29,974 nt of DNA, from NCBI GenBank assembly GCA_964244895.1, contig CAXTKV010000032.1, positions 4,173 to 34,146 on the forward strand, read 5' to 3'. This stretch comes from an uncultured Deinococcales bacterium (GTDB taxonomy: Bacteria > Deinococcota > Deinococci > Deinococcales > JAAFIG01). A program made the translations under genes and the position numbers. This document shows, piece by piece, positions 6,055 through 15,364 of this stretch. Position 1 is the stretch's first letter. Each line of letters opens with the position of its first letter. The notes below the pieces were generated by a model. It was not told where the DNA came from. It saw only the letters and a list, made by a program, of their open reading frames with translations, and did no database searches.

Positions 6055-8946
6055 ATGTTCAAAAACTGGTTGCTCTTGCCGCTGTTGCTCGCCCTCGTCG
6101 CCTGCCCACAACCCGTCCCAGCGCCCGTCATCGACAGCTTTAGCGCCACACCGACCCTGCTGCCCGCCGGGGGCGGCACCGTCACGCTCGCCTGGAGTCA
6201 AACCAGCGCGACCTCGCTCAGCATCGACCAGGGCGTCGGAACCGTCACAGGCGCATCGAAAGATGTGACGGTCACCACCAGCACAACCTTCACCCTGAGC
6301 GCCAGCAACGCCACCGGCAGCGCCACCAAGAGCGTCGCGGTGAGTGTCGCACCCCCCGCCACCCCGCCCGGTCCGCCACCCCAACCGACCACGCTCGCCG
6401 GGACGCTCGAGGGGTGGGCCTCCACGTCTCGAGGTGCGCGGACGCTCCAGCTGGCCTGGTACGATTATGCCAATGCCAAATCCCGCTCGCTGGGCCAGGG
6501 GACCATCGACGCACAAGGGATGTTCGCGCTCGATCTGCCTTCTGCCGCGGCGATTCCCGCTTCTGCGCTCAACAACTATCGATTGCGCAGTGGCTGTACA
6601 TCGGGGGTGACCGTCAGTCCGGCAGCGCTCCAGTCGGTGGCGAGCTATCCTGCCGTGTTTTCGAACGATCTGAGCACTGAGTACGGCTACATCAACCTCG
6701 CCACGCCGGACTTCGACGTGTACCCATACAGCGCTGGCACAAAGTGGGTCTTTTACGTCTTCGCTGATCGCGATGCGACCGTCAAGGGCAGTTGCGCCGC
6801 TGCACAAGGCACCAGCGCCACCTACGACCTGACGCTCAAGCAGGGTTGGAACATCGTGCTGCTCGAGTGGCTGAGCGACAAACCGATCGTGGTCAAATAC
6901 TCGAGTGGGCCTGTGCCGAGCGATTTGAAGTGGCGTTACGGTGCCGATGGCTATAAAGCCGTCCTCAGCCCGGTGGCGACGGCGCTCGAAATCGGCAAGA
7001 GCTATACGCTCAGTGCGATTGAGCTCGACGGTACGCCCGTCACAGGCCAGAATATCGCCTGGAACTCGAGTAACCTTGCGGTGGCGAGCGTCGATGCGAA
7101 GGGTCTGATCACAACCAAAACCTACGGGCAGGTGCAGTTCTCCGCCCAACTTCGGGGGAACGGGGCATTCACCCCCGTGCTAAACGTCTACGGCCTTGAA
7201 GCCTCCGCGGGCACCTTCAACGTCATCGGTGCGACCAACCTCGGAACGGCCTTCGCGCTGCGCTACACTGGACTGGATGGTCTCGCACCTGGCAGCGCCT
7301 TGCCGGTCAGTGTGACCGGACCGAACGGCTGGAATGGCGGCGTACCCCTGAACCTGAGTTACCCCGCTGCGAAAACGGGTTTCTGGGCGACGAGCCAGGC
7401 TGCGCCCATCGCCGGTTCCTACACAATCACGATCGGTTCCGGCGCAACTGCCCTCTCGAACACGGTCACGATCGATCCCACGAGTACGCTCGGCCCAGCC
7501 CAGAACGTCAGCTTGACGAACTATTCGACCTCGAGCGTGACGGCCACCTGGGGTTCGCCGAGCACTTATCCGCCTGGAACCAGCCCGAGCATCTTCGGGG
7601 AACTCGTTGATAAGACTTCCAATCTGATCGTCGGCGCGCCGACGCCGAGCGCCTCCTGGGGCGGCCTGAGCCTCGACCCGACGCACGACAACGAGTTGCG
7701 CGTTACGACCCTGAGCGGTGATCCAGGCCTGTCGTATTACGCGTTAGCGAGGCCATTCAACGTCTCGAGAACTTCTGTGCCGATCGACTTCACGCCGAGC
7801 GTCACGAAGCTCAGTTTCGGCGGGGGAGGCTCGGGTGGTGGTATGCAAATCACCCTCACCGGACGCAACTTCACCAACGGGGTGGTGGTGAAGTTCGGGA
7901 CGACCGCAGCCACGTCGGTCACAGTGAACGGCACCACCAGCCTCGACGCGATCGTGCCCGCTCATGCTGCGGGCATTGTCGACGTGAACGTCGCGACGAA
8001 TGTCGGAACGAGCGCCGCCTCGAGTGCCACGAAGTTCCAGTACTTCACCGTTAATGAGTTCGACATCACCACGCCCGTCAATAGCAGCGCGCGCCTCAGC
8101 CGTGGCGGTGACGGCAACGTCTGGTTCGCCGACAACATCGCCCCGTACACGGTCAGCAAAATCACACCCAGTGGGACGATCACGTCCTATACGCTGCCGA
8201 CCAACAGTTTTGTCAGTGACCTCGCACTCGGCTCAGATAATAATGTCTGGTACACCTCGGATGCCAAGATCGTCAAGATCACCCCGTCTGGTTCGATCAC
8301 CGAGTACAGTCTGCCTACCGCTTTCGGAAGCGCCTCGATGATCACTGGTGGCCCCGATGGCAAGATCTGGATCACCTCGGGATCGACGAACCAGATCGCC
8401 AAGATCGGCACCGATGGCACCGGCTTCACTGCCTATGCCATGGCGATCGGCGGCGGCCTCAACTCAGCTGGCGACTTGACCACCGGGGCGGACGGCAACC
8501 TGTGGTTCACTGACATCAACGGAGCCCGCATCGGGAAGGTCACTCCGGCGGGTGTTAGCACGATATTCACGGTGCCCTCGGGCGCGTGTTGCGGCCCTAC
8601 CGTCGGGGGTATCACCGTTGGGCCGGGTGGCAACATCTGGCTTACCTTCTCAAATAAACTCGGGCGGGTAGCCTCGGATGGAACGATCACCGAGTTCCCC
8701 CTTACCGATGGTCCTGGACCGGGCTTCAGGCTTGCGTCGGGCGCGGATGGAAACTTGTGGTTCAATTCTCTCACCGTCGTCGGCCCAAGTACTGCTCTCG
8801 GGCGGATGACACCTGCGGGTGCTGCGATGACTGTGCTCGTCGCCGTGCCAACCAGCGGTACATATGGCGGTATCAGCGATGTCATCTCGGCTTCCGGTAA
8901 GATCTGGTACGCACGCCCTGGCAAAATTGGCGTTCTGACGCCTTGA
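6055..8946 (+). CDS. Large surface lipoprotein: Ig-like, Big_2, IPT/TIG and Vgb-like beta-propeller domains, 963 aa
   Basis: ATG at 6055 after GGAGG; lipobox ALVA-CPQP; Big_2 (IAWNSSNLAVASVDAKGLIT); IPT/TIG (GGMQITLTGRNF..VKFGTTAA..VPAHAAGIVDVNV); repeated G(A/P/G/S)DGN(V/L)W(F/Y) blades. Confidence 0.88.
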   Translation: MFKNWLLLPLLLALVACPQPVPAPVIDSFSATPTLLPAGGGTVTLAWSQTSATSLSIDQGVGTVTGASKDVTVTTSTTFTLSASNATGSATKSVAVSVAPPATPPGPPPQPTTLAGTLEGWASTSRGARTLQLAWYDYANAKSRSLGQGTIDAQGMFALDLPSAAAIPASALNNYRLRSGCTSGVTVSPAALQSVASYPAVFSNDLSTEYGYINLATPDFDVYPYSAGTKWVFYVFADRDATVKGSCAAAQGTSATYDLTLKQGWNIVLLEWLSDKPIVVKYSSGPVPSDLKWRYGADGYKAVLSPVATALEIGKSYTLSAIELDGTPVTGQNIAWNSSNLAVASVDAKGLITTKTYGQVQFSAQLRGNGAFTPVLNVYGLEASAGTFNVIGATNLGTAFALRYTGLDGLAPGSALPVSVTGPNGWNGGVPLNLSYPAAKTGFWATSQAAPIAGSYTITIGSGATALSNTVTIDPTSTLGPAQNVSLTNYSTSSVTATWGSPSTYPPGTSPSIFGELVDKTSNLIVGAPTPSASWGGLSLDPTHDNELRVTTLSGDPGLSYYALARPFNVSRTSVPIDFTPSVTKLSFGGGGSGGGMQITLTGRNFTNGVVVKFGTTAATSVTVNGTTSLDAIVPAHAAGIVDVNVATNVGTSAASSATKFQYFTVNEFDITTPVNSSARLSRGGDGNVWFADNIAPYTVSKITPSGTITSYTLPTNSFVSDLALGSDNNVWYTSDAKIVKITPSGSITEYSLPTAFGSASMITGGPDGKIWITSGSTNQIAKIGTDGTGFTAYAMAIGGGLNSAGDLTTGADGNLWFTDINGARIGKVTPAGVSTIFTVPSGACCGPTVGGITVGPGGNIWLTFSNKLGRVASDGTITEFPLTDGPGPGFRLASGADGNLWFNSLTVVGPSTALGRMTPAGAAMTVLVAVPTSGTYGGISDVISASGKIWYARPGKIGVLTP

Positions 8947-8993
8947 CCTTCAACGCATTATGGGCGACAACTCCGGGATTTTCGAGCAGCGCC

Positions 8994-9017
8994 TCTGCCA
9001 ATTCCAGAATTGGCAGA
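8994..9017. terminator. Perfect 11-bp inverted repeat between convergent genes (terminator-like or protein site)
   Basis: TCTGCCAATTC-ca-GAATTGGCAGA; no clear U-tract. Confidence 0.4.
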
Positions 9018-9042
9018 CGTGACCCCGAAACCGCTTTCGTGA

Positions 9043-9258
9043 TCAGCCTGCGGTTGCCCGAGAGCGGATTCCGCGCAGCTCGGTCACGATCGACGCTCGT
9101 TTCTGACCTCGAGGGCGGAGCGTCACCACCACGTCGTAGTCGAGCGCGTCCGCCGCGCGCACGAGCGTCGCCACCTCGAGGTTCGCCTCCGGCTTTTCGA
9201 GCTGCGCCACCCGTCCGCGGCTGACGTCCAGGCGCTGGCCCACCTCTGCCAGGCTCAA
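9043..9258 (-). CDS. XRE/HTH_3 (HigA-like) DNA-binding protein, probably N-terminally truncated
   Basis: LSLAEVGQRLDVSRGRVAQLEKPEANLEVATLVRAADALDYDVVVTL; possible TTG start at 9258 after AGGGG; the upstream frame does not look like protein. Confidence 0.65.
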   Translation of the reverse strand: MSLAEVGQRLDVSRGRVAQLEKPEANLEVATLVRAADALDYDVVVTLRPRGQKRASIVTELRGIRSRATAG

Positions 9259-9361
9259 CGGAACCCCTGCGCTGAGCGTCCGCTCGACGCAACCACGGGT
9301 GCCGTCGAAGGGCCTGTTGGATTGCCCCTCGAGGAAACCACCGCGACGCGAAACCCGCGGA

Positions 9362-9409
9362 GGACACCGTCCGGCACGCGATGTGGATACCGTGTCCTGG
9401 ACGGTGTTC
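9362..9409. repeat. REP-like palindromic element
   Basis: GGACACCGTCCGGCACG...CGTGTCCTGGACGGTGTTC; same family as 29390-29443. Confidence 0.75.
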
Positions 9410-9428
9410 TTGGCGCTTCGATTGTCGC

Positions 9429-10049
9429 TTAACCCGGCGGGCGCAGCGTGCCGCTCGCACCGCCCGGCGCGGTCAGCCGGAGGTTCGGCACGTGCGGATC
9501 GGTCTCGGAAGGCACAATTTGCCAGGTGTACGGATCGGGTTGAAGCTGGTTGCCGGAAAGTGTTTTGTCCGTGTTCGTGTGCGGGTTGCACGAATCCTTG
9601 TAGGTCGCGCGGCCCGAACGCGGGTGCAACACGAGGCTCGAGCCGTTGACCTCGAGTACCCCGGCTTTGTAAACGAAGTACACCGTGGTGCAGCCGACGT
9701 TGCTGACGTTCTCGCTGAAGCCGTAGCCGAAGCTGCCGTCCGGGTTGAACTTGTAGAACAAGCCCGTGCCGGAGCGGTCGCCAGCCGGGTTGCCATTGCC
9801 GTCCACGTCGATGATGTCGGTCATCGTGCCCGCGACCCACGCGCCGATCAGTTCGGTCGGTGGGGGCGTGCCGCCCGCCATCCTTGCGCTCGTGTTGCAC
9901 GCGCCGAGAAGCGCCATCAGCACAAGGCCGCAGAGGGCGGCGACCGAACCGTTCTTGTGCAGTGCAGATGCCCCGAAGGAACGCTGCCAGTATCGGGTCA
10001 GCACGGTCACGAGATCGCGCCCGCAGGTCGAGGAGACGCGACAATTCAC
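9429..10049 (-). CDS. Hypothetical lipoprotein (beta-rich, two further Cys); start uncertain
   Basis: Lipobox LLGA-CNTS; ELIGAWVAG...FYKFNPDGSF...GCTT...YKDSCNP; GTG at 10049 overlaps the cupin stop (GTGA). Confidence 0.7.
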   Translation of the reverse strand: MNCRVSSTCGRDLVTVLTRYWQRSFGASALHKNGSVAALCGLVLMALLGACNTSARMAGGTPPPTELIGAWVAGTMTDIIDVDGNGNPAGDRSGTGLFYKFNPDGSFGYGFSENVSNVGCTTVYFVYKAGVLEVNGSSLVLHPRSGRATYKDSCNPHTNTDKTLSGNQLQPDPYTWQIVPSETDPHVPNLRLTAPGGASGTLRPPG

Positions 10050-10555
10050 GGCGCTCGCCTCGAGCCAGCAGCGACCGCCTGCGATGCGTCGTGCGTGTCG
10101 TGCCGGGCCACGAGCGCCTCGAGCTTGGCGGGATCGCTGGGCGGCCAGTTTCCCTCGCGGGCCACGAGGTCGGCCAGCTCGTCGAAGTAGCGCTCGAAGC
10201 CGCCGGGCGAGATCAGGGACAGGAATCGGGCGGGCGCGTCCGTCCGGTTGGCGAAGGTGTGGATCGTGCCCGGTCGCACCAGCGCGAAGGCTCCGGGCCC
10301 AGCCTGGTTGTCGTGACCATCGACGATGAAGGTCACGGTTCCCTCGAGCACGTAAAAGGCTTCGGTGGTGTGCGCGTGCCAGTGCAACGGTGGGCCGGGA
10401 AAGTGCGCCGGGGCGAGGTAATCGAGTACCGCGAACTCGTCGTCGGTGGTCTCGCTGGTGGCCAGGAAGCGAACCTGCGCCCCCAGCAGGTGGAGCGTTC
10501 TGGCCTCGTCGAGCTGGAGCACGCTGGATGCGGCGGGCTGGTCGGGGGTGTTCAT
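10046..10555 (-). CDS. Cupin_2 domain protein (quercetin-dioxygenase-like fold)
   Basis: GPPLHWHAHTTEAFYVLEG and GAFALVRPGTIHTFAN cupin motifs; GAGGAGG SD. Confidence 0.9.
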   Translation of the reverse strand: MNTPDQPAASSVLQLDEARTLHLLGAQVRFLATSETTDDEFAVLDYLAPAHFPGPPLHWHAHTTEAFYVLEGTVTFIVDGHDNQAGPGAFALVRPGTIHTFANRTDAPARFLSLISPGGFERYFDELADLVAREGNWPPSDPAKLEALVARHDTHDASQAVAAGSRRAP

Positions 10556-10606
10556 GATTCCTCCTCAAGCATGAATAGGGACGATGGACGAGCGGCGGTT
10601 CGAGAT

Positions 10607-11491
10607 TCAGGTTCGAGCCCGGACGAACGTGCGCGGATCGAGCTGCAGATCGCCCCGTGATGCCTGCTTCCTTGAAAGCTTCGGGCCGAGCGCCACGAGT
10701 GCGATCACCGCGACAACCGTTAACAATCCGGTGGAGACGGCAAACGGTGAGCCGAGCATGTTCATCAAATTGACCGTCGAGTGCAACAGAGCGCAGAGCA
10801 GGACGCTTCGCGTGTTGACGTAGACCCACGCCTCGAGCACCGAGATCACGATCGCGCCCAGCAAAAACATGGGAAAGGCCAGCGCCGCGTTCGATTGGGG
10901 CGTGCCGCTAATCAAGAAGGCGGGCAGGTGCCAGACGCCCCAGACCGCACCCAGGATCAGGCTGGCCGCGAGCGCGCTTCGGCCCGCGAGCAGCCTGGGC
11001 AGCGCGAAGCCGCGCCAGCCGAGTTCCTCGCCGTAAGGGCCGGGATCGCTCAGAACGTGGGAGAGGATCATCGACGGCAGCATCAGTCCCTGACGCGCAT
11101 CCGCCAACGAAACCGCGCCGCTGAGGAGCGCGCCGAGTGCGCCGAGGGCGGGCACGAGCGCGAGTACCAACGCGTACCAGCCCAGGCCGACCCGCCAGCG
11201 CACCAGGCTCCAGAGCAGGCGCCTGACGCCGAGCCAGCCCTCGAGCCGAGCCGTGACCGCGATGGCCGCGATGTTCGGGGCGCAGACGGCCAGCCAGAAG
11301 AGCGGGTTGGCCTGCGAGATGGGGCCGAAAATCGCCTGAAGGGGTTTCGGGAAGACCCAGAAGAGCGCCGCGATGCCCCAGGTGATGCCGAAGCTCAACC
11401 CGAAAAAGGCGGGGAGCGGGTTATATGTTCGCGCGGAGTACGGGGATCGTGAGGGGGAACGGATGCCGGATTGAGCGCGGGTCTTGTTCAT
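10607..11491 (-). CDS. CPBP-family intramembrane glutamic endopeptidase (CAAX/Abi/Rce1-like)
   Basis: GEELGWRGFALPRL, WGVWHLP and LLHSTVN motifs; multiple TM segments; GGAGG SD. Confidence 0.93.
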   Translation of the reverse strand: MNKTRAQSGIRSPSRSPYSARTYNPLPAFFGLSFGITWGIAALFWVFPKPLQAIFGPISQANPLFWLAVCAPNIAAIAVTARLEGWLGVRRLLWSLVRWRVGLGWYALVLALVPALGALGALLSGAVSLADARQGLMLPSMILSHVLSDPGPYGEELGWRGFALPRLLAGRSALAASLILGAVWGVWHLPAFLISGTPQSNAALAFPMFLLGAIVISVLEAWVYVNTRSVLLCALLHSTVNLMNMLGSPFAVSTGLLTVVAVIALVALGPKLSRKQASRGDLQLDPRTFVRART

Positions 11492-11539
11492 GAACGTTTC
11501 TCCTCCCGAAGGCGACTCGAGCCGTCCTCGTCGCGGTTC

Positions 11540-11617
11540 ACGCTAGAACTGGCGGCTGGCGCGCGCCTCACGCCGATGGGGGAGATGGGGCGCGAACGAC
11601 CTCACGCCGATGGGGGA
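11540..11617 (-). promoter_or_regulatory. Promoter of the CPBP-cupin-lipoprotein operon: two identical 18-bp boxes plus -10 TAGCGT
   Basis: CCTCACGCCGATGGGGGA at 11566-11583 and 11600-11617; minus-strand TAGCGT at 11540-11545, 20 nt from the proximal box. Confidence 0.7.
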
Positions 11618-11627
11618 ATCGAGGACG

Positions 11628-11752
11628 GGAACACCGTTCAGGACGCGTTATTCGATGTCTCGAGAAACACCGTTTCGACCCGACTCTCTCGAGCGGAGGC
11701 AGCGCTGTCCCAGACGACTGGATTCGTATTTGCACCGTCCTGAACGGCGTCC
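11628..11752. repeat. REP-like element with long spacer
   Basis: GAACACCGTTCAGGACG (11629-11645) inverted with CGTCCTGAACGGCGTCC (11736-11752), 15/17 complementary. Confidence 0.65.
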
Positions 11753-11815
11753 GTGAGCGCTCAAGTCGCGGTTCCAGCCTTCGGCGGTAATGTGATGCTC
11801 GGAGGTTGTCGCGCC

Positions 11816-14098
11816 GTGAACGCCGCCCACCGATTCAACCTGCTCGTACCAGGCACGCCGCTCTTCGGGCGCGAGCGCGAGATCGAACGCGTGCTGAAGA
11901 TGCTCGCGCGCGAGGAAGTGCCGATGGTCACGCTCGTCGGGCCGGGCGGGATCGGTAAAACGCGGCTGGCGCTGGCGGTGGCGCACGTGGCCCAGGATCG
12001 TTTCCGCGACGGCGCGGTCTTCGTGCCGCTCGCGCCCGTGCGCGACCCGGCGCTCGTGCCCAGGGAAATCGCGGTGGCGCTCGGGCTCGAGGATCAGCAG
12101 CGCGACGCGCTCGAGCTGATCGCGCACGTTCTCGCGGAGCGCGAGATGCTGCTCGTGCTCGACAACCTCGAGCATCTGCTCGAAGCCGGTCGGACGGTCG
12201 GTGCGCTCCTGCGGGCCGCGCGCGGTCTGACGATCCTGACCACCAGCCGCGCACCGTTGCGGATCTCCGGCGAACACGAGTACCCGCTGGGTGGGCTCGA
12301 TTTGCCCGAACCGGACGCCAGTCTCGAGCGCGTGCGAACCTCGAGCGCCGTTCGGCTGTTCGAGGCCCGCGCCCAGGTGGTGTCGCCGGATTTCACCGTC
12401 GAAGACGCGAACGCCTCGACCATCGCGCAGATCGTTCGCAAGCTCGATGGTTTGCCGCTCGTGCTGGAACTGGCCGCCGCGCGCACGCGCCTGTTCTCAC
12501 CGGAGGAACTGCTGCTGCGGCTCGCGCGACCCCTGAGCCTGCTCGCGGGCGGCCCGCGCGATCTGCCCGCGCGGCAGCAGACGATTCGCACCACGATCGA
12601 CTGGAGCTTCGATCTGCTGCCCCCGCTCGCGCAACGGTTCTTCGCGCGGTTGGGCGCGTTCGTCGGCGGGTTCGACCTCGAGAGCGCTCAGGCCGTCGCG
12701 GGCGAGTCCCAGACCGATGCCCTCGAGACGCTGGCCGCGCTCTTGGAGAGCAGCCTCGTGCAACGCGCCGCGACGGACAACCGCTATCGGTTGCTCGAGC
12801 CCGTGCGCGAGTACGCCCTCGAGAAACTCGAAGCTAGCGGCGAACTGGAGGCGATTCGCGCGCGGCACGCGGCGCAATTCTTCGCCTTCGTCGAACGCGC
12901 CCGCCCCGAACACTGGACGGAAGATCACAACCGCTTGTTGCACGAGTTCGACCGCGAGCTGCCCAACATCCGCGCGGCTTTTTCGACCTACCTCGAGCGC
13001 GACCAGGGCGATCAGGCCGCCCTGATGGGTTGGAGCCTGTGGAATTTCTGGTGGACGCGCGGCTATTCCGCCGAGGGCAAGGCGGCGATGGAGCGCACGC
13101 TCGAATCCGCGACGCTCTCCGAGCACGGTCGGGCCAGAGCCCATTTCGTGCGCTACAGCATGATCTACATGGGCGGGGAATACCTCAGCCTGAACCAGTA
13201 CGCCACCGAGATCATCGACGCCTTCCGTCGCGTCAACGACCGCTGGGGCGAGGGCATCTCGCTCTTCGGCATGGGCCTGGTGCGCACCCTGGCGGGCCAT
13301 CACGACGAGGCCGAGCGCGCCTTCGCCCAGAGCCTCGAGGTCTTCCGCGCGATCGATAACCGCCGCAGCGAGGGCACTGGACTCTACGGACTCGGGCTGG
13401 TGGCCTATTTGCGCGGCGACCTGAACCTGGCCCGCGAACGGCTCGAGAACGGGAAGAACACCAGCTTGCTCGCCAACGACCGGGGTTTTTACCTGTCCTC
13501 GGCCATCGTTTTGATCTTCATCGAACTCGCCATCGGCACGCCCGAGCGCGTCGAGGCGCTGTTGAACGAATCCGTGGATCTGGCCCTCGAGATCATCGAA
13601 CGCCCGTTCTTCGCGGCCAGCCTCGAAGTCTGGGCGATCCTGGCCGTCAGGCGCGGCGATCACGTTCGGGCCGCGCGACTGTTCGGTGCGGCCTCGGCCC
13701 TGCGGGCGGCCATCGGCGTGCCGCTCCTGATCGCGTTTCGCAGCCAGCTCGACCAGGCGATTCTTCTCGCCCAGCAAGCGCTCGGGCCACGGTTTGAAGC
13801 GCACCACACCGCAGGGCGCGCGATGGGCTTCGAGGCCGCCCTCGGGTACGCCAGGGGCGCAGCCGATCCCACGGGCGTCGAACCCGTACCGTCGCGCGAC
13901 CCGTTGACCGATCTGACGCCGCGCGAACGCGAGGTGCTGCGGCTCGTAGCGCAGGGCCTCTCGGACAAGCGCATCGCCGGCGAACTCGGTATCGGTCCGG
14001 AAACCGCCAAGACGCACGTGCGCTCGATCCTCTCCAAACTGAACCTGCCCAACCGCGTCGCCGCTACGCGCCACGCGCTCGAGCACGGCCTGGTTTGA
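11816..14098 (+). CDS. ATPase (NB-ARC/STAND)-TPR-LuxR transcriptional regulator, about 760 aa
   Basis: Walker A GPGGIGKT, Walker B LLVLDNLE, GLPL motif, TPR-like helices, C-terminal LTPREREVLRLVAQGLSDKRIA...KTHVRSILSKL. Start placed at GTG 11816 after GGAGG. Confidence 0.93.
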   Translation: MNAAHRFNLLVPGTPLFGREREIERVLKMLAREEVPMVTLVGPGGIGKTRLALAVAHVAQDRFRDGAVFVPLAPVRDPALVPREIAVALGLEDQQRDALELIAHVLAEREMLLVLDNLEHLLEAGRTVGALLRAARGLTILTTSRAPLRISGEHEYPLGGLDLPEPDASLERVRTSSAVRLFEARAQVVSPDFTVEDANASTIAQIVRKLDGLPLVLELAAARTRLFSPEELLLRLARPLSLLAGGPRDLPARQQTIRTTIDWSFDLLPPLAQRFFARLGAFVGGFDLESAQAVAGESQTDALETLAALLESSLVQRAATDNRYRLLEPVREYALEKLEASGELEAIRARHAAQFFAFVERARPEHWTEDHNRLLHEFDRELPNIRAAFSTYLERDQGDQAALMGWSLWNFWWTRGYSAEGKAAMERTLESATLSEHGRARAHFVRYSMIYMGGEYLSLNQYATEIIDAFRRVNDRWGEGISLFGMGLVRTLAGHHDEAERAFAQSLEVFRAIDNRRSEGTGLYGLGLVAYLRGDLNLARERLENGKNTSLLANDRGFYLSSAIVLIFIELAIGTPERVEALLNESVDLALEIIERPFFAASLEVWAILAVRRGDHVRAARLFGAASALRAAIGVPLLIAFRSQLDQAILLAQQALGPRFEAHHTAGRAMGFEAALGYARGAADPTGVEPVPSRDPLTDLTPREREVLRLVAQGLSDKRIAGELGIGPETAKTHVRSILSKLNLPNRVAATRHALEHGLV

Positions 14099-14250
14099 GC
14101 GAGGCTGAGCGATCAGTTCGGGGATTTCGTAGGTTTACCTACGAGAACGCCGTCCCAGGCGCGATTTCTTGACCCCAAAAGGGTCGCGCCGCACGATCTT
14201 TCGAATTTGACTCAAGCCTGCGTGCCAATTTGACTGGAGAGTTCGATCCG

Positions 14251-14278
14251 AAGGGATACCGTGCAGCACGGTGTTCTT
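14251..14278. repeat. Short REP-like hairpin
   Basis: AAGGGATACCGTGC-A-GCACGGTGTTCTT; shares the ACGGTGTTC end of the family. Confidence 0.5.
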
Positions 14279-14432
14279 AGTTCGAGCAAACTTGCGTCTC
14301 TCACAGTATCTCCGCTCGAGTCCACGGGCATTCTCGGACAGGTTCGATCAACGCGTCACCCCCGAGGTGAGGCGATCCTCGAGATTGGATCGAACGGATA
14401 ATCACGATTCGTTCGGATTCGACCCCGCCCGT

Positions 14433-15236
14433 TCAAGCGCTGGCCCATCCCAGGACGAGCCCCAGAATCAGGATCGTGAAGAAAATGCTCTGCCCGGAAT
14501 GGGCGATGATCCCGAACCAGGAACTGCGAAAAGAACGGCTGGGCAAGGCGAGCAGGAGCATGCCCTGGATCGCCGCGCCGAGCATTCCCCACGGTTGATG
14601 CAGGTGATACAGACCGAACAGGAGGCCGTTCATCACCCAATCCCATTTTCCAAAAACCGCCGCCATGCGCGGCAACAGCAGCCCGCGAAACAGCAGTTCC
14701 TCGCCCAGAACCGTGTTGAACACGGCGTTGACCACGAAGAGCGCCAACACGCCCCAGTTGCCGACCAGCTTCGCCCTGGCCTCCGGGGTACTCAGCAAAC
14801 TGCCGAGGTCAAAATTGGGCGGCTCCTTCAAAAAAGGAAAGATGCCGACCCAGAGCCTGTCCAGTATTCCGCTGACCTGAAATTCGTAGAGCGCCGTCAC
14901 GATGATGATCGGGACGATCCACCACCACAGACGGTGACGCGGTTCTCCCGTGCGCGGGACGCGGGGCGCATTGAGCCAGAGACGCCCTCGGATCGTTGAC
15001 CAGCGCAGGTTGCCGGTCTCCTGGTGGAGCAAGGTCAATACCAGGATGAACTGCCAGATCAGTCCAGCCGTCAGGATCGCCAGTTTTTCAAACCCTGGAT
15101 TGTTCGGGTCGCGCGCCAGGGCGGGCGTGACCACCCAGCCCAGGATGGCCATCGGCAAGGCCGCCGCCGCCCACACCAGCAGGATCTTGCCCAGGCCGTA
15201 TTGCGGAATTTCAGGACTGCCATTCAGCTGGTTCAT
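14433..15236 (-). CDS. Second CPBP-family intramembrane glutamic endopeptidase, 267 aa
   Basis: GEELLFRGLLLPRM, FGLYHLH and IIAHSGQS motifs; ATG at 15236 after GGAGA. Confidence 0.92.
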   Translation of the reverse strand: MNQLNGSPEIPQYGLGKILLVWAAAALPMAILGWVVTPALARDPNNPGFEKLAILTAGLIWQFILVLTLLHQETGNLRWSTIRGRLWLNAPRVPRTGEPRHRLWWWIVPIIIVTALYEFQVSGILDRLWVGIFPFLKEPPNFDLGSLLSTPEARAKLVGNWGVLALFVVNAVFNTVLGEELLFRGLLLPRMAAVFGKWDWVMNGLLFGLYHLHQPWGMLGAAIQGMLLLALPSRSFRSSWFGIIAHSGQSIFFTILILGLVLGWASA

Positions 15237-15283
15237 GTTTTTTCTCCACGTCGCCTCGAGCTTCAAAGCCCTCGGACACACCG

Positions 15284-15364
15284 ATGGTAGGTCGCACCCG
15301 ATCGGCGCGCCTCGTCCTTTTGGGGGATAAATACGCCAGATGGCTCGATCCCCAGGATGGGTGA
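15284..15364 (-). promoter_or_regulatory. Promoter of the second CPBP gene: related 18-bp boxes plus -10 TACCAT
   Basis: CCTCGTCCTTTTGGGGGA (15310-15327) and GATCCCCAGGATGGGTGA (15347-15364); minus-strand TACCAT at 15284-15289, 20 nt from the proximal box. Confidence 0.65.

Noticed and set aside
11566..11617. 18-bp direct repeat as a mini CRISPR array
   Set aside because: Only two copies, 16-nt spacer, no cas genes; better explained as operator boxes.
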